Part shown: positions 47,991-59,165 of the stretch, piece by piece | Position numbering within the stretch: position 1 is the first letter of the stretch | Layout: every line of letters begins with the position of its first letter | NCBI GenBank assembly: GCA_965112155.1 | Contig: OZ218099.1 | DNA from: Podarcis liolepis | Lineage: Eukaryota | DNA length: 64,000 bases | Direction: 5' to 3' (one strand) | Notes under the pieces: generated by a model | The model's database searches: none | Seen by the model: the letters and a program-made list of their open reading frames with translations, nothing else | What the model was told of the DNA's origin: nothing | Program-made: the position numbers and the translations under genes

Positions 47991-49389
47991 TATGTCATGA
48001 GGTGACCAGCAGCAACTATTTCAACTTATCTTGAATGGGGAAAGTTCAGCCAGGGGTTCTGAAATCCACTCAGGCACTCCATTCTAATAGCAGAATCTAT
48101 TTAAACACATTTCTTTTGCAAGCTTCAGGGTTACTCTCACTCAGCTATCAAATAGCAGCATGTCCACAGGATGGTTCTTAATATGTAGTTATAAAGTCCA
48201 CTTGCCACACAAATAGGCCCCTAAAATGCTTTCCTTGAAGAGGAAACCTAAGGACCAAACAGTTTTGGAAAAGTGATTAAAAGGCTCCATTACTACTGAG
48301 AAAGAGGGATTCAGTGTATTAATGCAGAGCCGTTCCTGTTTTAAAAACATTTTACTGAGCAGGCTGACTGCAAAGTCCCTGCTCCTTCCATGGCTTTCTA
48401 GGCCTCATGCACTGCAAAGTAGTATGTGAAAATTCCTCATCAGATGATGCAAGCTTTACCAAAGCATCACCGCCCCCGCCTAGCTAGTCATTTTCTCATT
48501 CCACAGGGATGCAGATGAACTTTCGCCTCTCTGCAGCTCTGGGAAAAAGCCACCATTTCCTGTTACAGAAATTAATGCACTAAATAGATGCACTGTTCAA
48601 AGAAACTGGATGAAAATAAAGCAGAGGGCATAATCTCTTGGCATGGGGCCTAGTCCATTCCCTGCATGTCCAGTGGGACATCTGTGGCTCCCAAACATGG
48701 CATTCCTACCAGCTTCAAGCAGGACCTTTCCCTCCCCACCCCTTTGAAATAGAAGACTAAAGAGAAAATGCTCAAGGCAGGTCTGGACAGCTGCCAAGGA
48801 AGGCAACACATGGATGAATGAATGAGGATGGAGTTCAAGCTACAGATTCAGACCAGTCTGACAATATACATCTTCTGCATAAGTAAGCACGTACATCACA
48901 ATAAGTCACCAAGGAAACTTCCTTACTAAAATAATTACGGCAGCCACAGTTTTTATTACATCTTGAATCCAGAAGCTCTGCCATGAAGCCTCACTATTAA
49001 ATAATACTTCTTCCACTCAAAGCTCAGAACAAACTTCAACAAACCTTTAATATGGTGTGGCATCCTATATATATATAAGAGTATGAACAGTAGAAAGAGA
49101 TGACACTTGCACTTGGGCAACTCCTATGGAATAACCTAATATTAGGATACCCCTCAAAAATAATGATGGCACAGGTCCATTTACTTAACAGGAGAGATGA
49201 CACCAACCCTCTCAAACAGTTCACAGTCTGAGAACAAACACATTAAAAGGAAAGTCATGGGTATCTTTCCTCCCCCTCCTGTATTTGCTATTTGTTTCAA
49301 AAGTTTTACTGAACCTAGTGCCTACTTCATAAATTATGGCACTAAGAACAGGTGCCCATCCTGTGTGCCTCCTCAATACAGAACCAATA

Positions 49390-49629
49390 CAGTGGTACCT
49401 CGGTTTACGAACTTAATCCGTTCTGGAAGTCCATTCTTAAACCAAAACTGTTCTTAAACAGAAGTGTGCTTTTCCTAATGAGGCCTCCCGTCGCCGGTGC
49501 CCTTCCACTGTTTGGATTCCATTCTTAGACCGAGGTAAAGTTCACAAGCCGGGACACTACTTCCGGTTTATGGAGTTCGTAAACCGAATCATTTGTAAAC
49601 AGGACTGTTCTTAAACCGAGGTACCACTG
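49390..49629. mobile_element. Tc1/mariner-pogo type MITE, related family
   Basis: TA|cagtggtacctcggttta ... taaaccgaggtaccactg|TA. Confidence 0.85.
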
Positions 49630-49864
49630 TACCAGGAATTACCTGTTATGGTCAATGAACTGTCAAACCCCTCACACTGCTTATATGAAGGCTGCTGTGC
49701 CATAAGCATACAGTGAACATTAAGAATGACAGATAAAAGCTATATGGGGGGGACGGGACAAAAGGGAAAATAATTGAAAGACTTTTAAGAAGAAAGCTAC
49801 AGAGAAGAGGACAAAAACCACCTAGCACATTCCAGAGAAATTTCCCCCTGCTACTGTAGTAGTA

Positions 49865-50225
49865 GGGACGCGGGTGGCGCTGTGGGTTAAACCTCAGTGC
49901 CTAGGGCTTGCCGATCGTATGGTCGGCGGTTCGAATCCCCGCAGCAGGGTGAGCTCCCGTCTTTCGGTCCCAGCTCCTGCCCACCTAGCAGTTCGAAAGC
50001 ACTCTTAAGTGCAAGTAGATAAATAGGTACCGCTTTATAGCGGGAAGGTAAACGGCGTTTCCGTGTGCTGTGCTGGTGCAGGCTCGCCAGAGCAGCTTCG
50101 TCACGCTGGCCACGTGACCCGGAAGTGTCTCCGGACAGCGCTGGCCCCCGGCCTCTGAAGCGAGATGGGTGCACAACCCCAGAGTCGGTCACGACTGGCC
50201 CGTACGGGCAGGGGTACCTTTACCT
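49865..50225 (+). mobile_element. Sauria SINE, full length
   Basis: gggacgcgggtggcgctgtgggttaaac...ggttcgaatccc (B box)...gtagataaataggtacc...acctttacct tail; 12-bp TSD tactgtagtagt (49852-49863 / 50226-50237). Confidence 0.92.
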
Positions 50226-52516
50226 TACTGTAGTAGTGGTTGAAAGAGAGCTAAGCAGTAGGGTGTGGGCTCCTCCTCTCTAGGCATGTGCATTCCTTCT
50301 GAGGGGTGGGCTCCATAGCCATAAAAGTTGTAGCCTTAACTCTAGAAGCGTCTCAATATTGCTTAAAACATACACCGTACCCCCCATCTGTATGCTTGGA
50401 CAGAAAACATGAAGAACAGCACCTTTCCAAATGCCCTTGCACAGGGACAGAGCTTAGAAATGCTTCACTGCCAGGAAGAAAAGTGCTAGTGACCAAAATG
50501 TAAAGTCAAAAAGTCATTTAGAGAGAAAAAAACAGAATGCAGAGCTGCTTCTTTTTCAGAATCTTTACTTCTGCCAAGCTGACATACTTAGATAATTGAC
50601 CAGGTCAAAATCAATCACCCTGCCCTTTTCTCCCCAGGAAGTAATCATTGTCAAAATCAAATTTATGTACCCAAACCAGGTGTAAAAATAAATAAACTAA
50701 ATGTTAATGAAATACGCATTTCATCCATAGCTTCTGCTTCACTGCTTCAATCTCCCTCACATCACAAAGCTTCTCTCTCCCACACACACCTCTATTACTG
50801 CAATGTCATGCCAAGCTCCACCACCTAAACTGCAAGGCTTCTGTAGCTGCAGAGATGGGGGTGGGGAAAGCCTTCTACTAATAGCAGCAGGGAAAATGCC
50901 TTTCCCTCAACTCAATATGCACTGTCAGGAATCATCTCTGCAACGCACTAAGGCCACTATTCCACTTGCTGTTCCCCTTTCAAAAAGCAATGGATCCTAC
51001 CCTGACAGTGCACAGCAGCTGAGTTGAACCATAAAATTACTGTGAATATCCCTTTAAGGGCCAGGGTAGTAGCAGAAAAGGCAGCTGCTGCTCCAGCACA
51101 GGGACAAGCAGAGCTGGAGCTGAGGTGAAGTGAAGTGAAGTGCTGGGAAGGCCTTGTAATTAAAGGGGAAGGCGGAATGGTTTGTTAGGAAAGAAGCCAA
51201 GCAAAATGGATGAATTAATTGCAGCCAACAAGAACGACAGAAACAGTTTAAAGGGAAGGGGTGTGGTTTGACAGGAGCTGCACATGCCAGAATAACACAG
51301 AACAGCTGATATAGACAGAGGTCCTATTTGTAAATATCTCAGACCTACGTCTCTCATGTGATCCCAGCAGAAGCAGATGTTTCAAATGTATGAAAAGGAT
51401 GGGAGCAGGGAATCCTATAGCCTGAGAAAGTGGCAAAGGATGAAACCATAGTCGTTCATTTCTCCCCGTGGGCAGGGCAAGTAGTTAATAGTATGTACAG
51501 ATGGGTTACAGCCTTGTCGAGTCAGGGCCTCTTCTGTTTTTAACTATTCTTAGTGAATGGGTGTGGAGTTTGATGCATGCTCATGCTCTCCAGCCACAGA
51601 AATGAAACACTCCTGTCCTAATCATAAAATAAGACCTCCTGTCCTAAGCTGTCAAAATGTGCTTCAGACAATGTGGTCAGTCCTGCTTTGAAAGTCCTAC
51701 CTCCATACTTCACCATAAAATGCTCTTTTTGCCCTAGCAGAAAGTAACAACAAAAACCTTGATTTATTTTTTTTACTCACATAAGTACTTCTCATGTAGA
51801 ATTTCTTTTTCTTTTTACAGTAACGTATTTGTAAGACTACAAATTGGGAACAGGAGTTAAATTAGATGCACTATCTTATTAAAGTTTTCTTTTTATGAAA
51901 GAGGGAGGTCCTGGGTATGTTATGACACTTGTGAAAGATTACAATTGGCTGAGGCCAAGAAGAATCTAGAACCTTTTAACCAGTAACTGTTTTTCAGTTG
52001 TTGAGGACTGCCAAGTTCTATATCTGTGCAATGCAACCAAGCCCCTGTAAACACAAAAATGTCTTAAAAGGTATGGGGAGCCTGTGGCTCTCTTGATGTT
52101 GTTCAACTCTGGCTCCTATCAACCCCGGGGCAGCATGGACAGCATTTAAGGATGAAGAGAGTTGTAGATCAACAACTTTAGGAAGGTCACAAGCCATGCC
52201 CCACCATCTGTGCTTTAAAATATAGGCCACGTGATTTAATTTGCAGGAAATCAAAGATGAAAAGGGATCATGGATAGACTTCTTTTAGGAAGGCTGCCAT
52301 AATTTACCTCTAAATGACAATATATCTGTTAGTAACCTTACACTGTTTGGTTTTCCATGGTTATGTTGCTTCACTTGAAATCCAACAAAAAGGAAAGGGA
52401 GAATGCTCTGTGAATGCAACCAAGAATGACCCACTAACAAATACCTCAGGATAAATGGCAAATCATAAAATAAGTGTATACTTGAGAACTATATGTAAGT
52501 GTGACACGTGTGAAGA

Positions 52517-52643
52517 TTATTTGTGGGGCATAGGAATTTGTTCATTTCTCCCCCCCACAAAGAAAAATATAGTCCTACACCCCCCCCCAAAGGTCTGAGG
52601 GACAGTGGACTGGCCCCCTGCTGAAAAAGTTTGCTGACCCCTG
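52517..52643 (-). mobile_element. partial copy of the 46152 hAT MITE, inverted
   Basis: ttatttgtggggcataggaatt...ggtctgagggacagtggac...tgctgaaaaagtttgctgacccctg is the reverse complement of the left half of 46152. Confidence 0.8.
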
Positions 52644-53559
52644 CTTTGTAGCTTCCCGTTTTGCTAAGTTAGAATACATATGACTGCCTCTTTAAATTCC
52701 ATGTAACTTTAAAAAGAAGGTGGTGATAACCCTAAACTACAGGATCTTGTGCCAACTGGCTGCTGGGGAATAGGGCTAATCTAGCCAAGGAGTTTAGGGA
52801 AAGCCAGAAACAGAAACCAAATCTGATTAAAAAGGACATTTCAGAAAGCAACAAACACAGCTGCCATTTCCCGGCCAGTTCCTGCAAGGTTGGGGGAGGG
52901 AGCAGAGGAAAGAGGGCTGTTTGCATCAAGATGCTGTAAGCAGGGGAAGAGACAGCTCTGGTCTCCCACTCACCTCGCTGCCAGTCACGGGGGATTCCCT
53001 ATGCCCACATCCCACTTCCACACATACACAAAGGGCTCTCTCAGCCCTAACCATCATCCAGTCAAACCACATTTGCAGCCTCCCTCATGGTACTAAGATC
53101 TTGGCCTCTCAACTTCCGAAATACATGGAAGACTGCCATCAGAAATTGCCCCATACCACCTACATACAAATAACACTTCCTGTACACATGCTAAACCACC
53201 AGTATCAGAAACAATCTTTGAAGGGGACCCACAGTAACTAGAAAATCCTTCCGGTGTCCAATATGAAAACTAGGGCAAACCCAAATTTCGGAGCCATAAT
53301 CCCAGATTATAATCTCCATCCACAAAGCAGAATTCCTGGGTTTTCTTCCACAGACTTATCAAAAAGGCATTTCTGTCTCCAAACACCAGCCCTGTTCAGG
53401 ATATTAATGACTTGTGTATGTGCTAATAAGATTCCCAGGTACCTGCATCCTTGTTTACAAACCATTCTCTCCATAAGCGGCATCACCAAATTTAGAGATC
53501 CCTAAAGGGAAGCCAGGATTCCCGGGTCACGTCCCTACTCCCAGGAAGGGAGCGACCTT

Positions 53560-55100
53560 TTCTCGTCGATCTAGTGGGATCCTTAGCGAAGCCCACAGAT
53601 CCCATCTTCCCACAGCCTTATCTCCCCAGACTCAAGGACCTGCAGCCCTCCTCGCCGCCATGGAAGAAGAGCTGGAGCCCAGGGAGCGGCCGCGCAAAAC
53701 CGACCGCCCCTCTCTCCAGGCCAACTAAGGGCACCCGACAAAACACTCAGGGCGCCTTTCCCCCAACTTCCAAGTGGAGTTAAAACACATCCAATTCCCA
53801 CCTCCTATACACTAAGCCACAACGCCAACGCCAACGCCGCCATTCTTCTCCGGGAGCAAAACCCCAAACGTTTCCAGCCCAAAGGCCAGGCCTTGCCCTT
53901 CTTCAGTTCGCCTGCGGAGGTGAGCGAAGCGGCGGCCACGCTCCCCTCGCTCGACGCTGCCGCTACCGGGACTCGCCAGCCTCCTCCTCCCCCTCGACTA
54001 CCGCGCCATGCCGGGCTGGGGAAGACGGGAGCCCCGCCGCATCGCCGTGAGGGCGAGAGCCGGTGCCCCGCGGGGCCTGCTCCCAACTCCAGCCCGTCGT
54101 CGTCGTCGTCGTCCCCACACGACTCCTGAGAGAAGTTGGCGCGGCGCTTCGAACACGCGCAGCCCCCGGGAGGCGTTATGTCTTCGGCAACGGGCTTCTC
54201 CTCCCCCACCGAAGGAGCCTCTTTTCTCCTCAGGGCTTTTGGGGTGGGGGGGAGGGGAAGAGGAGGAGGAGGAGGCCCCCTGTCTCACCCCAAAGCGGGA
54301 GGGCTTCGTGTCCTCCCTCACACTCCCTCGCCTTCCTCTCCTGACTAGGCCTTCGCCCCTCACTTCGGGAGAGCGGAATGAGGGAAACCAACCGCCGCCG
54401 GCCGCCCTCCCCCACCTACGATGAAACTTGCTTCGCTCCCTCCCCCCCCCCCACCTCACAACGACTCGGGCCAAACTTCTCTCGGCTCCCCCTCAGGGGC
54501 CACGTCTTTCTCATACGTCTTCCCCCCCCCCCGCCGTCCGCATTTTGGTTCAGCCCCACGCATTACTCTCTCTTTCCTCACCCCACCCCCACCCCTCGCG
54601 CGCGCACCTCACACTCCGGACGCCTCACCTGAGGGAGGTGTCAGCCGGCTCTTCACATGGCCCCGCCGCGCTGAGGGAAAGGTCGGACCCCGCGCCGCAG
54701 CATGGCCTGCGGGAAAGGGTGGGCGGCGGCGACGGCGGTCACCGGCTGAGGCTGGTGCGAGGGGAGGAGGGTGGCGCAGGCCGAAGCCGCACCAGGCGAG
54801 GCCGTCGTCGTCGTCGTCTCTGGCCAGGAAGCCGAGCTCAGCCAACGAACGAGCGAAGGAGCGAGCGCCGGGGCGAGCGTCGTCGGCTGAGGCGCCTCGC
54901 CGCCGGGTCCTAGCGCCCCACCGTCTGCGCCGCCGTGACCGCGCCAAGGCTTGACCCGGCAAACACCGCCGCTGAGGAGAGGAAGGGGAGGGGGAGCGAG
55001 CGGGGTTCCTCGGCGGGAGACCCTCCAAATAAACAAACCCGTAACCAGATGCACAAAGGCGTAGCGGGTAAAGTTGGCTGCGGAAGCGGAGGGAAAGCCC
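53560..55100. promoter_or_regulatory. CpG island / BAZ2A promoter and start of intron 1
   Basis: Sharp rise in GC and CpG density, GC-box-like and (GTC)n/(GCC)n tracts, located upstream of the first coding exon. Confidence 0.88.
54629..54900 (-). other. BAZ2A: BAZ2A non-coding exon 1 (5' end approximate)
   Basis: Strong donor CCCTCAG|gtgagg at 54629/54628 inside the CpG island; would splice to the AA-ATG exon at 47025. Confidence 0.7.
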
Positions 55101-55262
55101 TGCAAAAGGAGTGGTTGGAATTGGAGAAAAAGACCTCTTCCTCTTCTGACACCGTGCAACTCAGCTCCGGGCGACAGGGATGCCCACGTTTCGTATGGAA
55201 GAGGAGGATCAGGGTTCGATTCCCGGCCTCTCCAGTAGGGTTGGGAAAGAAGAAGAGCCTCC

Positions 55263-55583
55263 TGCCTTCGACTATCTCAAGGGCTGGCCACGTGGGGAAA
55301 GGTAACGAGCTTGTTGTCTCCTGCTCTTCTCGAGGGTAGGACTCGAACCCGCGGCTCCAAGTTGCAAGGAAGGAGAGAGGATACCAGGAAGAACTTTCTG
55401 GCAGGAAGATCTGTTGGACAGTGGAATGGTCTGCCACGGGAGGTTGTGGGCTCTCCTTCCTTGGAGGTTATAAAGCAAGAGGTTGGGTGGCCAACAGTCA
55501 TGGATGCTTTAGCTGAGATTCCTGCTTTGCAGTGGGTTGGACTAGATGACCCTCCGGGGTCTGCAAAATCTACAATTCTATGA
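55263..55583 (+). mobile_element. CR1 LINE 3' fragment
   Basis: RKNFLAGRSVGQWNGLPREVVGSPSLEVIKQ (CR1 ORF2 C-terminus) plus gggttggactagatgacc...attctatga tail. Confidence 0.85.
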
Positions 55584-55650
55584 AACCCTGCGGAGAGCCA
55601 TTGCCACTCGGAGGAGCAGGCAAAACCAACCAACCAGGCCTGGCTCAGTA

Positions 55651-55889
55651 CAGTGGTACCTCAGGTAACATATGCTTCAGGTTACATACGCTTCAGGTTA
55701 CAGACTCCTCTAACCCAGAAATAGTGCTTCAGGAAGAACTTTGCTTCAGGATAAGAACAGAAATTGTGCTCCGGCAGCACAGCAGCAGCAGGAGGCCCCA
55801 TTAGCTAAAGTGGTGCTTCAGGTTAAGAACAGTTTCAGGTTAAGAACGGACCTCCGGAACGAATTAAGTACTTAACTAAGGTACTACTG
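55651..55889. mobile_element. Tc1/mariner-pogo type MITE, family B
   Basis: TA|cagtggtacctcagg ... aggtactactg|TA; internal sequence shared with 40926 copy. Confidence 0.85.
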
Positions 55890-57130
55890 TATATGGTTGC
55901 TTCCTCCTGCCCTTTGAAAATGTCTTATCCTTCAAGTCAGGGGTGGCTAACCCCTGTTCCTGAGCTGCAATACTAGACCCCCCAGGGCAAGGGAGTAAAT
56001 GGGATGGGGTGATGGGAGTTGTAGTCCAGCAACATCTGGAGGGCAACAAGTGAGCCACCCTTGAGCTGAATGCACACCATATGTTTAAAGAATCCTAGGT
56101 ACTGTTGCTCACCCCTCATAGAGCTACAATTCCCAGCACCCTTAACAAACTACAGTTCCCAGGATTTCTTGGGGTGAGTGTCCTTTAAATGTATGATATG
56201 TACACAAGCTTGATTTAAGCATTTGTATGCCACCTTTCTGGGCTAGCGTCCTCTCATTCCATGCTAGGGTGGGACGGGAGCGGTTAAGGATAGGCACACT
56301 GTACCTGCTCTGAGTGTCTACCTATACAGGTTTGCCGTCTGCATTCACATTACTTGGTGAACAACACAGCAGCTGTTGCAATGATTTGCATGTGTGAGTG
56401 AACCATCACTGGTTAAACGCTACTCATATATATACTTCAAACACAGCAATCTTGGTGCAGAGGCTAGACTAGAGGGTTGGCTTTTTCAGAACCCAAACCT
56501 GGCCTTGAACTCTAGCTTGGGATTAACCTAATGCAAATGTGCTTTATGGGGATAAAAACAGGGAGAAGCCATTTAAACACTAAAGATACGGTTGCAAATC
56601 AAACTGTCAAATGATGGGAAAGCAAATGATGTGCTCCAGCTCTCAGTTTCTCTCTGTTGTTAACTTCACCTGTTCAACGGCCACATCCTGGCATTCTGTA
56701 AACAAGTTTCAGGGCAAAACCCTAGTTTGATGTGGAGAGTCTACAGCAGGGGTGGGGAACACGTAGTCCACATTGGTGGTCTCCAGCTCCTAGCACGCAT
56801 GCGTAATTGTCAGGTTTAGTGAGAATTAAAGCCCACAGGTTCCTCATTTCTGGTCTAGTTGAGAGGGAGGAGCAGTGATTTTTAATTTTTTTGAGTGAGG
56901 CATGGTTGATGGAGGGGGACAATGCTAAAGCAATGAGGGAGGGAGAGCCTGATTACATGACAATAGTAGCTTCTCATTTTTTAGATGTATGACTGTGGGA
57001 TTTGTGTCAGCATGGACAGTGGCTAGGAAGATGGGAGTAAGGATGTTGCAGTGTAGAAGGCTCATATTGCTGCTGTGTTGTTGCTGCTGGAATGGCATTT
57101 ACTAGAATTGTGGTCACCTAGTGGCAAGTG

Positions 57131-57472
57131 GCAAGACTCTTGAGAGTCCCATGGACTGCAAGAAGATCAAACCTCTCCATTCTTAAGGAAATCAGCCCTG
57201 AGTGCTCACTGGAAGGGAAGATCCTGAAAGCTGAGGCTCCAATACTTTGGCCACCTCATGAGAAGAGAAGACTCCCTGGAAAAGATCCTGATGTTGGGAA
57301 AGATGGCGGGCACAAGGAGAAGGGGACGACAGAGGACAAGATGGTTGGATAGTCTTCTCGAAGCTACCAGCCTGAGTTTGACCAAACTGCGGGAGGCAGT
57401 GGAAGACAGGAGGGCCTGGCGTGCTCTGGTCCATGGGGTCAGGAAGAGTCAGACACGACTAAACAACAACAA
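57131..57472 (+). mobile_element. RTE Bov-B LINE 3' fragment
   Basis: Translates RLLRVPWTARRSNLSILKEISPECSLEG and (frameshifted) MRREDSLEKILMLGK...RRRGRQRTRWLD; ends gtcagacacgactaaacaacaac. Confidence 0.9.
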
Positions 57473-58700
57473 ATGCCGACCAACACTAAAGAAAGATTCC
57501 TTAATTCAAAGGAGCAAGAAGAATAAAAGGAAGATGGTTGATACTTATAAAATTAGAGGAATGACCCAGCTCCTTGTTTTGCCCACAGATGGCAACAAAG
57601 GGAGATAGATTAATTAATTAAATTTACAGCCCACCTTTCCTTGATACCAATACCAGGGCAGGTCACACTCCAAAATAAATTACAACAACCAAGTCAATTA
57701 AAAAGCAAATTCATCAAAATACAAAACAGGTGCAGCTAAAAAACCAACAACCCAGCGAAGGCTAAAATGATCACCCACTAAAGAGTTAAGATAATTAAGA
57801 TACCCGAGCAAACAAATGCTGTGAATTGACACAATAGCAATGTCAGCACCTGTTGTACTTGTGACCAGGGCATTCCACAGACCATGGAGAAGGTTCCACC
57901 TCTTAAGGCACATGGGAAAGAGCCTCCTTAAAGCAAAGAGTGGGGGGTGTCACAAGGGAAGGCATGCTTTTCAATGCCATTGCACTGAAATAAATGGGAG
58001 ACTCTCGTGTGGGAGGGTAGAAAGAAAGCCAGAGAGAGCCCAGGATGAGAACCTTTGACTGCTAAGAGACCTATTTCTGGGGTCATTGTGGAAATATAGA
58101 AATGGGTGTTAAACAACTTGCCAGACAATCTGCAAGATGGAAGTGTAGTGACAGGTCGTTCAGCAGAGGCACGTGAGGGATGTTCCTATAAAAAAACTGA
58201 TGGAGGAAAGAAATTCCACAAGATAGGCCTTTTGATACCAGGAGGATGAAGGCGTAGTTACCAAGTTACAGGGGTCAGCACCCTGAGTCCAAAAAAACAA
58301 TACAATGAGGAAGAATTTCTGTAGGCTGGTGATGGAGCACGCTACATATTATTAGTTCTTTGGGCTGACTCTTCAGCTCAGGAGTTATAACATTATCTTC
58401 TGCTGCCCTATAAGTGCCATCTCTGGATGTGACCAAGAAAAATAAAGTTTATGTGCCTATCTCCCCTAAAATGTACACTCACCATGGGCTTGGGAGTTCC
58501 ATCAGCATATATTTGTCTGAGCACACTTTTCTAAAAGTGAATGAGGTATTATTTGTTCCACTCCTCTCACTACACTGGTGTATATGATGTTCCTCATACT
58601 TTTTTTTTTTAACGTGCCTTTGCTGCTTTGTGTGCCCACTGTGACATTTAAAAAAAATTCCTTCCAGTAGCACCTTAAAGACCAACTAAGTTAGTTCTTG

Positions 58701-58738
58701 GTATGAGCTTTCGTGTGCATGCACACTTCTTCAGATAC
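58701..58738 (-). ncRNA. minimal type I hammerhead ribozyme motif (mirror copy)
   Basis: Exact reverse complement of 58744-58781 in the left arm of the hairpin. Confidence 0.75.
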
Positions 58739-58743
58739 AATGT

Positions 58744-58781
58744 GTATCTGAAGAAGTGTGCATGCACACGAAAGCTCATAC
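58744..58781 (+). ncRNA. minimal type I hammerhead ribozyme motif (Penelope-associated)
   Basis: gtat-CTGAAGA-a-gtgtgc(at)gcacac-GAAA-gc-TC-atac: stem I gtat/atac, core CUGANGA, stem II, GAAA, palindromic AGCU stem III, UC cleavage site. Confidence 0.75.
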
Positions 58782-59116
58782 CAAGAACTAACTTAGTTGG
58801 TCTTTAAGGCGCTACTGGAAGGATTTTTTTTATTTTGACTATGGCAGACCAACACGGCTACCTATCTGTAACTGTGACATTTTAGTTAGTCCTAATAAAG
58901 GCAAGTGACTTTATTTTAGACGAACATTTTATACTGGTGAAAAATGACATGTATCAAACTGTAGCTGTGGGAAAGACATATGGGGGAAAGTGTCTAAATT
59001 TCGTGCTACGAAAGGTCAAGTCTCTCAACCATGTGCAATTTCCTCCAATATGTTTTTGGTTTTCCTTTCTTTTCTTTTTTGGCTGCTTATATCCCCTTAG
59101 TGCTTCAACCTTTTGA

Positions 59117-59120
<4 letters not shown>

Positions 59121-59162
<42 letters not shown>
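59121..59162 (+). repeat. (TG)21 microsatellite
   Basis: directly visible. Confidence 0.95.

Positions 59163-59165
<3 letters not shown>

Larger units (their letters stand above)
58650..58870. mobile_element. Penelope-like element remnant: inverted pseudo-LTR hairpin
   Basis: 81-bp arms (58659-58739 / 58743-58823, one mismatch, 3-nt loop); direct repeat actgtgacattt at 58638-58649 and 58871-58882; contains hammerhead cores typical of PLE pLTRs. Confidence 0.8.

Noticed and set aside
53805-55437. Many overlapping 130-177 aa ORFs
   Set aside because: Expected stop-codon scarcity in a GC-rich CpG island; Arg/Pro/Gly low-complexity products
58488-58497. ccATG|gtgagt donor as a possible alternative coding first exon (Met-Glu extension)
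   Set aside because: Phase 0 after ATG would be out of frame with the AA-ATG exon; an ATGG|gt junction would be needed
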